From contig NC_042998.1 of NCBI RefSeq assembly GCF_006345805.1, positions 26,412,001 to 26,476,000 of the forward strand: a stretch of 64,000 bases of DNA. Direction: 5' to 3'. This DNA comes from Octopus sinensis. Its lineage: Eukaryota. This document shows, piece by piece, positions 13,671 to 25,729 of the stretch (the stretch's first letter is position 1; each line of letters begins with the position of its first letter). A model generated the notes under the pieces. That model made no database searches. It was not told the origin of the DNA and saw nothing but the letters and a program-made list of their open reading frames with translations. The position numbers and the translations under genes are program-made.

Positions 13671-13826
13671 CCTCAGTAAATGTCACAAGATTGTTAGATA
13701 TCTTTTGACAGATATGGTTATGGCAAACACTGCCTGTGATATTTCCCCCATAAACGTACATCTGATCAGAGTAGCTGATAGTAGTAAATGGCATAATGGA
13801 TTTGAAGGACTCAGAAAAATAAAGAG
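13671..13826 (+). CDS. Candidate exon (LSKCHKIVRYLLTDMVMANTACDISPINVHLIRVADSSKWHNGFEGLRKIK, phase 2 to 2)
   Basis: Acceptor ctcttctttgtcttttag and donor GAG|gtctgt; the in-register antisense frame is also open, so the strand is ambiguous. Confidence 0.25.
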
Positions 13827-14599
13827 GTCTGTCATCCATATAGATTTTGATAGGGTTAATGGTGATAGACAAAAATAAAAAAATACATTAATGGGAAAGT
13901 AAAAGAAAAAAAAAGAAAGAAAGCAATGGAAAATCAAGGTGACACATCATAAGGGAAAACCCAAGTGGTTGCTGTTAATATGTACACATACTGTACTTTC
14001 AATGAGAAAACTTCTCAGATTATATTGATTAGTATTGGATATAATTAAGGTGAAAGGCTTTGGTTCATGATTGCATGCTTCAACAGCTTTGCAAGTGTCT
14101 TAATTTTGCCAAGATCTTTCTAAAGCTAGAATTCATTTGCATGTCAGAAAATAGATTGGCGCGATATCTACCATTTAAGAATTAATAGATAACCACTCAA
14201 TGGAGGAGATGTTCCAAGTTGGTAAAGGATTATTATTCTAAGATTGTTAAGCTTGTTTAACATTAAATTAGAAATATTAGAATTCAAGTACAGGGGAAGA
14301 ACTTAATGAGATCAATTAAGTTTTCTTTCCTATGAATGAAACACAGTTAGATTTTAAACACGATGAACACATTAATTATAATTTCTTTTAATTCTGTATG
14401 ATAAATAACTGGCATAGTTTGTTACAAAAATTCAAAGCAGTTTCCTAAAAAGCAGAGGCAGGGCTTCTAGGTGATTGACAAAGGTTTGCTCACCAATATT
14501 TAACAATTAATCAAAAGATGAACTGTTTTACTTTATTTTTATTCCACAGTACTACAACAGTTTCTGATCTTCTAAACAAGTAATATATATATATATATA

Positions 14600-14800
14600 A
14601 AATTAATCCAAACAAGAAAGCACAAAAAAACACAACAACGTGAGGACGTGGAACAAATATAGTATTATTGGACACTCAGGAAAGAAGGAGGGTTTAACGT
14701 TTTGAGCGGAGCTCTTCGTTGGAAACATAGGAGAAGGAAAGATCCAGAGAAGGGAAGACAGAGGAAACAAATCACCAATGATACACACGCGGTCACATTT
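14600..14800 (-). mobile_element. Family A hammerhead-bearing repeat (core mutated)
   Basis: Aligns to the 8745 copy; motif at 14692-14726. Confidence 0.65.
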
Positions 14801-14854
14801 TGAAAGACCGGAAGGAAATATATATATATATATATATACACATATATATATATA

Positions 14855-15075
14855 CCTATTTCTTTACTACCCACAAGGGACCAAACACAGAGGGGACAAA
14901 CGGATCAAGTCAAATACATCAACCCCAGTGCGCAACTAGTACTTAATTTATCGACCCCAAAAGGATGAAAGGCAAAGTCGACCTCGGCGGAATTTGAACT
15001 CAGAACGTAACGGCAGACGAAATACGGCTACGCATTTTGCCCAGCATGCTTACGTTTCTGCCAGTTCGCTGCCTT
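14855..15075 (-). mobile_element. tRNA-headed SINE S3
   Basis: Reverse complement of ggcggcgagctggcagaaacgttagca..gagttcaaattccgccgaggtcgactttgcc. Confidence 0.75.
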
Positions 15076-15284
15076 ATATATATATATATACCACTTTACT
15101 TGAAACACTGACTTCTCCTCTTGTCTTTTGTCCCCAAATCACACACTAAATCATTTTCCCAAACCGCAGGCTTCACTCTTCTAGGAAGACACCTTGCCTA
15201 TGCTGACCTGCCCAAGTTGAAGATAAGCATCAGTTGGGAAGAGACTTTAAAAGTTATTAAATAATGGTTTAAAATTTTGGCATA

Positions 15285-15485
15285 GGTCCAGCAGTTTTGG
15301 TAGGGAGGGGTGGAAGTCCATTACATCAATCCTAACATTGGACAGGTACTTATTTTATTGACCCCGAAAAGGATAGAAGGCATAGTCAACCTTGATGGAA
15401 TTTTTGAAGATAGAACATAAAAACAAATGAAATGCCACCAAGTATTTTATCCAGCATCCTAACAATTCGGCCAGCTCGCCACCTT
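15285..15485 (-). mobile_element. SINE S3 (diverged)
   Basis: Shared aggatgaaaggcaaagtcgacc-like motif. Confidence 0.6.
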
Positions 15486-16471
15486 GAGGTCGTTAAAAAA
15501 ATAATAAGATGGGTGGTATTATTAAGAAAACATCGCTAAACTTTGAAAGCACCCCCAACCCTTTTTTTTTTTAATTATGCTACAATATACAGTTTCTTTG
15601 AAAATTATACTTGAGTGATGTGTTTTAGTCACTTGGCAGTATAAATGATGTAATTGGATATATTTTGGGAATTATTTCCATTGTAGTTTTCACTGTTTGA
15701 GAATCATTAAACATAAAATACACTTCATATCGGGGGTGGGGGGTATTTTGTATAAAACTAGTGCAGATCTAAGCAATTGGCAGATTTAAGCAGCCAGAAG
15801 TGTTTCATAGCCAATTGTCAAATTACAGGAAATGCTCTGTTGTGTCAAATCAAATGTCTTTCAAATAATCTGTTATTTTTTATGACTAGTCACAGTGAAA
15901 CAGCCCTACAGAAAGGAAGTTAAGTGACCAAGTACTTGTAATTGACCAATAAATAACATGTTGGTGGGTACATCACATCAGATATGGGAAATAAATAGTT
16001 GTTGTAATTTCTGTTTATTTATTATAACGAAACGTGGAAGAGACATTTTAGCTGCTTAAAAATGCACAGAAACTGTGACATCCACTGCTATTTTATTTCT
16101 TAATAGTACATTCTATCATAAAGCTTCAAAAAGACCTGGCCATTGACACCTGTCATAAACTCTTGTTTTCTTAAGTAAAGAATTTCTTTATTCCACAGGA
16201 TTTCAAAAATACACAGTGACCAATGATAATTTCAACAAGAAATGTTAACACAACCACCTTTCTCAAGCTGTGTCAATCATGGAACAAGAATATTCATACA
16301 TACATACATATACACAACAGGCTTCCTGCAGTTTCCATTTATCAAATACCTTCACAGGACATTGAACAGCCTTGAACTATAATAAAAGACACTTACCCAA
16401 CGTGGAACTAATTTTGAGACCATATAGTTGAGAAGCAAACTCTTTTACAAGCTATCCCTGCACCTATCTCT

Positions 16472-16883
16472 TTTACTCTTTTACTTGTTTCAGTCATTTG
16501 ACTGCAGCCATGCTGGAGCACCGTCTTTAGTCGAGCAAATCGACCCCGGGACTTATTCTTTGTAAGCCCAGTACTTATTCTATCGGTCTCTTTTTGCCGA
16601 ACCGCTAAGTGACGGGGACGTAAACACACCAGCATCGGTTGTCAAGCAATGCTAGGGGGACAAACACAGACACACACAACACACACATACATACATATAT
16701 ATATATATATACATATATACGACAGGCTTCTTTCAGTTTCCGTCTACCAAATCCACTCACAAGGCATTGGTCTGCCCGGGGCTATAGCAGAAGACACTTG
16801 CCCAAGATGCCATGCAGAGGGACTGAACCCGGAACCATGTGGTTGGTTAGCAAGCTACTTACCACACAGCCACTCCTGCGCCT
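16472..16883 (-). mobile_element. SINE S1 (young, full length)
   Basis: Near-identical to 24566, 40878 and 41731. Confidence 0.85.
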
Positions 16884-17566
16884 ATGTATATTTTTAAATG
16901 GCTAAAATGATTCTTAAGAGAAACATATTCTTATATCAAGTTACTCGGAATCATTTATTACACTTTCACAGACACTTTACATCTAAGCTACATATTTCTT
17001 CAAATTCAGACACTGTTGGAAAATATGTCTATTATTTACAGTATACATTTCTACATTTCCTTCCTTTCAGAAAAAAAAAAAGGACAAAATTAGTTATCAA
17101 GTATTAAAAAAAAATAAAATAAAATGTTTAACATCATTGACATTATTAAACTTTCTTACAATCCAATGAATTCCTAATTTAATTCCATCTATTTAATTGT
17201 ATTGAAATTTATATTTACTTTTCTTCATTATGTATGAGCATTTTGGTCATGAAAACAATTGTTTATACTTACTATGAAACCCATCAGTAAAATTAAGATT
17301 TAGTGATTTGCTTAATTTTTAATGAAAATGTTTTTGTTTCACCACACACACGTACACACAGAGAGATATATACACACACACTTGTATATTTGATATTTCC
17401 ATTTGATTTTATTTCTCTTTTGTTTTTATAATTAATCAAAACAGAATCTAAAAATGAAATAGTTTTAGTGGATCCACTTAATGAATTATTGATTTCCAAT
17501 AGATATTTTCTGTAATCTATTGATATTATTTATTGGAAAAGTCTAATAAATTTATTAACTTTTCAG

Positions 17567-17657
17567 GAAAACTAGAAGAGAGATTAAAATATGTGGAACA
17601 GTTAATCAATATAATTATGACAACAGAAGGCTTCCATAGTCATTACTACTCAATCAG
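17567..17657 (+). CDS. Candidate exon (KLEERLKYVEQLINIIMTTEGFHSHYYSI, phase 1 to 2)
   Basis: Acceptor ttaacttttcag; protein-like open frame; weak donor CAG|gttgtt. Confidence 0.35.
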
Positions 17658-18129
17658 GTTGTTTTATTGAATTCTTTATTACTTTCTCTATGAAATGAAG
17701 TATTAATACAGAGAGGTTTATTAGGCGGCCAAAATTTACTTAAATATCCTCGTTTTACATATATTTCAACATGATGAATTAGCTACATCCTCATGTTTTA
17801 ATACTTTGACCTGCTAGAATCCATTCATCAATGAAATCTGTAGATCATTGTCTCTAAACGGTTTATTTGAGGGTTTATACTGTTGATTTATAATGTAAAA
17901 CAATAACAAAAACAAACACAATTGTATGACTTTCCTAGTGAGGCTGTTTACTATTCATTTCAAAGATTGAAAACAGTTGAGTTGATATGACTTTATTTCT
18001 CTCTTTTTTTCTTTTTTCTTTTTTCTTTTTTCTTTTTTTTTTGCTTGGTTTATCATGTTTGATTATCGTGTTCTATTGTAAATGTAGTTAGAAATAGAAA
18101 ATATACATTAGCCAGTACTCCTCACCCTC

Positions 18130-18455
18130 TACCCCCACCGACTATGTGGTCCATGCCAGTTCCCCATCACCACCACCACCCTGACTAGCCCCCTTGCCAA
18201 TGGCATGTAAAAAAGCATCATCCAAACGTGGTCAATGCCAGTTCCCCACCGCCACCACCCTGACTGGCTCCCATGCCGATGGCACATAAAAAAGCATCAT
18301 CCGAACGTGGTCGATCCCAGTGTCGCCTGACTGGCTCCTCCTGTGCCAGTGACACATAAAAAGCACCCGCTACACTCTCAGAGTGGTTGGCATTAGGAAG
18401 GCATCCAGCTGTGGAAACCTTACCAGATTGGATTGGAACCTGGTACAGCCTACTG
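18130..18455 (+). mobile_element. RTE 3'-end-derived repeat (tail lost)
   Basis: Internal gtggcacataaaaagca units and ctctcagagtggttggcattaggaag. Confidence 0.65.
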
Positions 18456-18687
18456 AATTTTTTTCAGAACAATCTTTTCTTAGTGGTCAAACCATATGGG
18501 GTCTACTTCTAGCATAATGGATGTCCACTTAGTGATCATCCCTCTTATATGTATGTAATATAATTTTTCTGAATCTTCAGATTTTTCAATATGCTAGGCC
18601 ACTTGTTTTAAATTGATATTAATCAAATTAGTATTCAATTTTTCACCGTTATTATTTAAATTTATATATATATATATATATATATAT

Positions 18688-18890
18688 AGTTAATCCAAAC
18701 AAGAAAGCACAAAAAAAAACACAACAACGTGAGGACGTGGAACAAATATAGTATTATTGGACGCTCAGGAAAGAAGAAGGGGGGTTTAATGTTTCGAGCA
18801 GAGCTCTTCGTTGGAAACATAGGAGAAGGAAAGATCCAGAGAAGGGAAGACAGAGCAAAAAAAATCGCCAACGGTACATACAAGGTCACC
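18688..18890 (-). mobile_element. Family A hammerhead-bearing repeat
   Basis: Aligns to the 8745 copy; motif at 18784-18818; (TA)n on both sides. Confidence 0.65.
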
Positions 18891-19619
18891 ATATATATAT
18901 ATAAAAGAGGTGAGGATACTGAAATCCTTCAAAGCAATGTCAAACATACAGGCCTGCCGGTAGAATCCAAGCAAAGAATATATATTAAAAAATATATATT
19001 CAATATTTGCAAAAACAATAAATGAAATCTAAGGAAAGGAAAAAAATTGTAGGTGTAGACGAACTTTAATTCATAATTCAGGTTGGTACAGACTAATAGA
19101 AATTCTACAAATTGTTTCGGAGTCTAATTTATTCCAAAGACAAAAAGGAAAAACTCTTGAAATAAAAATTAGTTTCTTTGTCAGGAACTACATACTGGTA
19201 TGAATAATTACAACCAACAAAATATAAAGAGACCTTTCATAGCCCAAATGAGAATGAACAAATAATAATAGAATAAATAAATGCCTACCCACAAACCCCA
19301 ACCCCCAGCTGAACCCACACCCCACCCGTGCTTTCCCCACTCTCGCCTCCCCCCACCTCCCAACAACATCACACCACACTACACCATACAACATTACACA
19401 TGCCGTCACAACACACCACCCACACACCCATCCCCACATCTTCACACCTACACATACATACACGCACACGTCCAGACCACCAGCCCTCTTTCACACGCAC
19501 ATACTCTTTTATACACACATGCACCTTTGTGTTGGAGGTCATCTTTACCTTGTTATCTCCCCTACTTTCCTTCTCGTGTTTGACCTTCCTGTCCAGCACT
19601 AGTCGCCATGGTAGATCGT

Positions 19620-19775
19620 TAGCCATTACACACATTTTTTTCTCTCCTTGTATTTTTCTGTAGGAGAGCGTAGGCTCGAAACGTAAAAGACTTTTTCTAT
19701 TCCTGAGCGTTATACTAATACATCTGTTTGTTTTGTACACCACCTGTCTTCGTCTTTTGTTTTTTTCTTAAACTC
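19620..19775 (+). mobile_element. Family B hammerhead-bearing repeat
   Basis: Aligns to 44040-44230; motif CTGTAGGA-GAGC GTAG GCTC-GAAACGTAAAAG at 19653-19689; ends in (TA)n. Confidence 0.6.
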
Positions 19776-19805
19776 CCCCCATATATATATATATATATAT
19801 ATATA

Positions 19806-20090
19806 TCAATAGTAAAAGGGTAAAATCAATTAATTATTAATTAATTTTACCAAGTAGTGTTCAGTATGTAAGCGGACCATTTAAGGTATATTTAAAACAT
19901 TACGTTATATAATTAGGGTTCAGTAAAACAATTTACTTTACCACACACTGAACTTTTAGAAATAGTAGCCAAAAAAATCTTAGCTATTTTCTTATAGTAG
20001 AAGAAATAACTAAGATTTTTTGGCTGCTATTTCTAAAAGTTCAGTGTGTGGTAAAGTAAATTATTTTACTGAACCCTAATTATATAACGT
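19806..20090. repeat. Fold-back element related to the 51171 family
   Basis: Near-perfect arms at 19902-19992 and 20001-20090; 19806-19990 aligns to 51172-51360. Confidence 0.8.
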
Positions 20091-20129
20091 GTGTGTATAT
20101 ATATATATGTATACATACATAGTTCAAAT

Positions 20130-20290
20130 TTGCAGAAAACAAAAGATGAAGACAGGTGTAGGAACAACAAGCAGGTGTATTAATTTAATGCTCGGGAAAA
20201 ATGGAAAAGTCTTTGACATGTTGAGTCTACGCTCTTCTACAGAAAGGATTGAGAGAGAAAAAAAATGTGTAGGGGTTAATGGTTCAGTAT
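20130..20290 (-). mobile_element. Family B hammerhead-bearing repeat (decayed)
   Basis: Reverse complement aligns to the 19620 copy; motif at 20210-20246. Confidence 0.5.
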
Positions 20291-21529
20291 GATAAAATGG
20301 CTGGAATATATATACACACTCACACATGCACAAACAGATAGACTAGACAAACAGACAGACAGATAGATAGATATACATGAAAGCATTTGACTCAATAACT
20401 ATGTATATACTGCTTTAAAGATCATCAATGAACAAATATGTTATCAACAGACACAATAATCATGAAAATTCCAGCCAATTTGTGATATTTTAACCTAACC
20501 ACTATGTTAGACTTAATAACAAGATAATAAACAAGCAATCTAAATCTGAACAACATAAAGTTTTTGGATAAATGAAGTGATCTTATTTGTATGTTTTAAT
20601 TTCTTCTGTTTAAGAGATATGATCAGCAATGATATGCATGCGGGAAGAATGCAGTTACAAGGACAGTTGTAAGAAATTCTAAGAATTTTTGTTCCAGTAA
20701 AATCTAAGAGTTTTTTTCTGCAGTTGAGTTTAAGTAAATGGATTATATTTCTGGAATATCAATCTATTTGGCTGTGGCAAACAGCTAAAGAAAGTAGAGA
20801 GGTGGCTTAAAGCAGAACCTTGTCAGCTCAAATTAAATTGAAGAATTTGTCAATGCATTCATTGAAAATGATGATAAGAAAGAAGGTGAAGCGTGTTTTA
20901 TACACACACACACTCATATATCTCGTGTGTGTGTGTGTATATACATACATATATATATAGGTCTCTGAAATTTTGAAAGCTCTGTCAGGTAAGAAAGGTG
21001 AATGAAGTATGATGGGCTGGTTGACATAGAAGCCAATGAGAGACTCAGAGAATCGTGATTTTATGCATTACCAAGACACATTTCTATAATATAGAAAGAA
21101 GACAACGAATGACAGTATTGAACTATAACTTACCGTATCTCCTTACATTTATAGGTTTTCTTTTCCTAAAATATAGCATAAAGGGGGTTGTTTTTGCAAC
21201 AGGTCATCTCTAATTCTACAGACATATGATCTTAGGTTGTAGTTCTCAACCAGGATCCGTACGACCCATGAGGGTCCCTACAAGATTTTATTGTTAAAAT
21301 TTATGTTATTCTCCTACAACTGAATTTGTTATACGTCTACAATTCATAAAATATTAAAATTTGTATACATTTCCAATCACAAAGCTTTGGTTAACCCAGG
21401 GTTATAGTAGGAGACACTTGCCCAAAATACCACACAATGGGGTTGAACCCAGAACCATGTGGTTGAGGAACAAACTTCTTGCCACAGAGCCATGCCTATG
21501 CAGGGTTTGTTTTATCAAAGCAACCAAAA

Positions 21530-21812
21530 TATTGCTCTAAACTGAAAACATAGGGGAGATCTTCCCTCCAATACTACTCTCAGCTTTGTCTCATCCAGTA
21601 ACACCAATTCCTCTGCAATTTTGTAAAGGTCTGGTAAACTGATGTGGACTGTCACCTCAAGGCCGTATTCCCATCAGTTTACCTCTGTTCTGGTAATTTT
21701 GAGGATTTTAGCCTCCTCCTCTATGTTGTAGAGGATGGCTACCACCAGCCATACCTCGTCAATCTCTGGGGGATACTCTACCAATCCTAACTCTGGCTGC
21801 ACGTTTGCCATG
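21530..21812 (-). pseudogene. Decayed L1/Tx1-like non-LTR ORF1 fragment
   Basis: Reverse translation HGKRAARVRIGRV/PPEIDEVWLVVAIL...LRVVLEGRSPLCFQ with a frameshift and a stop; resembles the segment before an ORF1 zinc knuckle (from recall). Confidence 0.5.
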
Positions 21813-22112
21813 TTTTTTTATATATGTGTATTCCTCATGTATATACAGTTTCATTCTTACATAACTGAAATAATCTTAAGATATATTGATTTTATAAATT
21901 ACACTATTACTCCTCTTATAATAACTTTCTCATACCTCTATTTATAATTTATCTGATATGAATAATATAATGCATCTAATAATAATAATAATGATTCATT
22001 CATTTGTATACATATGCATGTACATATAAGTTTAGGTATATGTATGTATATGTAAAAGTATGTATATATGTGTGTACTTATACTTATGATTTAACCTTAT
22101 GTACTTTCTAAA

Positions 22113-22236
22113 ATCTCTGACGAAGCCTAGAGAAACACCCAAGTACCTCAATTTCATCTACTAATTACTTCAGTCTACTGGAGGGATAAAAGTAGAATGA
22201 GTTGTTATTGCCTCTTGGCTGAAACAGCTGTAAGAT
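22113..22236 (+). ncRNA. Type I hammerhead-like motif with extended stem II
   Basis: ATCT-CTGACGA-AGCCTAGAG...CTCTTGGCT-GAAA-CAGCTG-T-A-AGAT: core, stem I, base of stem II and palindromic stem III are all present. Confidence 0.7.
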
Positions 22237-22257
22237 ATTATCCCAATTTCTATTGCT

Positions 22258-22360
22258 ATCATCATCATCATCGTTTAACGTCCGTTCTCCATGCTAGCAT
22301 GGGTTGGACGGTTCGACCGGGGATCTGGGAAGCCAGAAGGCTGCACCAGGCTCCAGTCTT
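22258..22360 (-). mobile_element. RTE 3'-end-derived repeat (short)
   Basis: (CAT)n-cgtttaacgtccg motif. Confidence 0.7.
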
Positions 22361-23132
22361 ATGATTTATATATATATATGTTATATATTTTAATAATTAC
22401 TGATATCTTTATATTTTATATTTTATATATGTAAAGCATATGTTATATATGTATGTATATTGTTATAATTGTCCTTTTAGTAAATAAATAAATAAATTGA
22501 CATAATATAATGTCTAAAAGTTGATGAATACTACCTATTGATCCTCTCCATTTTCTTATTACTCTCTCTCTATATATATATATATACGATATATATATAT
22601 GACATTTATTGAATAGAAACAACAAAGTACCTATACACACACACATACACATATTCATACCTATATACATGTAAATATTTTTACCTACACTCTTAAATAA
22701 TTTTGGCTGTCCTAAGAGAATGCACGCAGGTGTCTGACACTGAAGGTAAATAATTTTCACAAAGTGCAGTGAAAATCATGCTTTGCTACACTTGTAAGTT
22801 CTCTTCAGAAAACACAGGACTAAAATTATTTACAAGATCAAACGTATATTACTACATATGAATAATTATAGCTAATTCCGCTGTGTGTTATATAATATAT
22901 TTTTGTGAATTCATTGCTAAATGTACTGTGATTTAACACTGACTGATATGTAATGGCAAAAATCTGGAATATGCCAAAAATGGTGAGAGCTTGCATCAGT
23001 AACAGTGATAATGGTAAACCCTGGAGAAATTGTTAAATGACAGTAAATTTGGTTGTTGTGAGACAAGTATGAGTGATAAAAGAAAGATGCAGGATATCAT
23101 TGAGTGACAAAGATGTAGGGTGAATTAGAGCA

Positions 23133-23500
23133 ATTGACTGTGTGGTAAGAAGTTTGCTTTCCAACTACATGGTTCCAGGTTCAGTCCCACTGAACCTGGG
23201 TGGCACCTTGGGCAAATGTTTTCTACTATAGTCTCAGGCTGACCAAAGCCTTGTCAATGAATTTGGGAGATGGAAACTGAATGAAGCTCGTTGTGTGTAT
23301 GTGTGTGTGTCCTTCCACCACTTGACAGCCAATTTTGGTTTGTTTATATCCCTGTAACTTAGCACTTCAGCAAAAGAGACCAATAAAATAAGTACCAGGC
23401 TTGAAAAAGCATACAAGTAGAGGAGTCTATTCATTCAACTAAAAACGCTTCAAGGCAGTGCCCCAGCTTGGCCACAGTCTAATGACTGAAACAAGTAAAA
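23133..23500 (+). mobile_element. SINE S1
   Basis: Shared head, body and tail. Confidence 0.75.
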
Positions 23501-23721
23501 GATAATAGATAAAAAAAAATTACACAAACGTATATAAACAGGAGATACAAATATTACAGGCACTCACCCCCCCCCCCACAAACACACTAACTAAACATAG
23601 ACAATAGACACACATAGAGGTATACACATGCGCAAATGAAGACACATACAATAGAAATACAAAATGGCTGACCGTTAGTAAGGAGAGACACACAAATAAG
23701 AAAGAAGAAAGCAAAGGACCA

Positions 23722-23757
23722 CTGATGAGGTCACAGGAGTGTGACGAAAGAACTGTA
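23722..23757 (+). ncRNA. Partial hammerhead-like motif
   Basis: CTGATGA-G-GTCAC AGGAGT GTGAC-GAAA-GAACTGTA; perfect core and stem II, no clear stem I. Confidence 0.35.
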
Positions 23758-24565
23758 GCCGAAATAAGATTAAGATTAATGTAAAAAATAAATAAGGCTG
23801 AAGCAAAGTAACCTCCAAATATATAGTGCATGTGTTTTTATTGGCTAAACTGGCAAAAATGACCATTCCTAAATACAACAATAATAGATAAAGATTTCCA
23901 TTTAGAAAATGCAGGGTACCTCATCAAATATTTTACAAATTCTGCCAATCAGTTATCCTGAAGTGATACTTTATTTATTGATTATGGAAGAAGGAAAAGT
24001 GAAACTGACTTTGGTAGGATATGAACTCAGACTTGTCAGAGCTGGAACTGAAACTGTAAAGCAGTCTATCTAATACTCCAGTGGTTCTATCAATTTGTCA
24101 TCTTAAAATTTCATAACATAAATGCTATCATGAAATTTCACTTAGTTTAAATCATCACAATATACCAATATATATATATATAATGTTTCTAATTGGAACA
24201 GCCAAAATTTAGATTGTATTGAAAATTAATTGAAATGTACAGGCAGTCTACTCGTTAGAAAAGTAGTCGTTAATTTTAATGTTTGTGTGTATCATCATCA
24301 TCATCATCACACTTTATAAATGGGTTTTATGATTTTTGTGCCGTTACTTTTATAGTTTGAAATAAACTTAGATAATAACAGTGTTAAATACTTGAGATAT
24401 CTTTTTTTATGTTCTGTACCACAAGAAACATTGCAGGCATTCAAGCATTTAGTGTCAAGTGGTTTTTGTAAAGAAGACTGTAACAGTCAAGACAAAGATG
24501 GAGATAATATGAAATAGAATATCATATCCCATCATATCATACTCTACATAATATCTCACAATATC

Positions 24566-24945
24566 CCGGCTGTGTGGTAAGTAGCTTGCTAACCAACCAC
24601 ATGGTTCCGGGTTCAGTCCCACTGTGTGGCATCTTGGGCAAGTGTCTTCTGCTATAGCCCCGGGCCGACCAATGCCATGTGAGTGGATTTGGTAGACGGA
24701 AACTGAAAGAAGCCTGTCGTATATATGTATATATATATATGTATGTATGTGTGTGTTTGTCCCCCTAGCATTGCTTGACAGCCAATGCTGGTGTGTTTAC
24801 GTCCCCGTCACTTAGCGGTTCGGCAAAAGAGACTGATAGAATAAGTACTGGGCTTACAAAGAATAAGTCCCGGGGTCGATTTGCTCGACTAAAGGTGGTA
24901 CTCCAGCATGGCCGCAGTCAAATGACTGAAACAAGTAAAAGAGTA
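24566..24945 (+). mobile_element. SINE S1 (young)
   Basis: Shared head, body and tail. Confidence 0.85.
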
Positions 24946-24967
24946 ATCTTAACAAATGAACAATAGC

Positions 24968-25600
24968 AAAAGGTAATAATTTATCCCCACTTAAAGCAGA
25001 TGTTGTGTTAGAACACAAAATACTACATTACTTACCATGAGAGTACCTCTTGTATGCACTTATGGTGCACATGAGCACTCATGTTTATATCTCTAGTGGG
25101 AGATAACCATTCCCTATCGCCACCAGAGCTACCAGATCACATGATTTCAGCCTTCTTTGGCCTTGTCAATGGCAGATACTGCACCACAAGTTCATATGAG
25201 TGGTTCTATCAGAGTAAATAATGCAGTATTTTGTGTTCTGGTGCAACATTCCTTTTTAAGTGGGGATAAACAGTACCTTTTAGTATTAACACTGCTTCTG
25301 TCACAATTAATTATTTCTAAGTAAGTCCACTGGCTATTTGCAATACCAGTGCCTGAATAGACACTGCGATTCTACATATATTACTTACAAAGAAATTGCT
25401 GCTATCTCTAGTCACAGATATCTACCATTGACTAGGCCAAGAAAGGCCAAAATCGCATGATCCAGATGTCCTGGCGCCAATGGTAGAGGATTATCTCCTG
25501 CTAGTTATATAAACACAAGACCTTATATATACACCACACGTCCATATAACAGGTTCTCTCATGGTAATTAATACAGTATCCACTTTTAAGTGGGCATCTT
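24968..25600. repeat. Nested inverted repeats, probably two adjacent copies of one MITE in opposite orientation
   Basis: 24968-25070 versus 25176-25281; 25081-25180 versus 25412-25520; 25020-25056 versus 25540-25580. Confidence 0.7.
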
Positions 25601-25729
25601 ACCAAAATTACTATCTTAGTAAAATTTTATATTTTTTTGATGATACTCAGAGTTGTCAATCAGTGGTGCGAGACACACATAGACCCAAAGACACACACAT
25701 ACAGATATATACTATACATATATATATAG

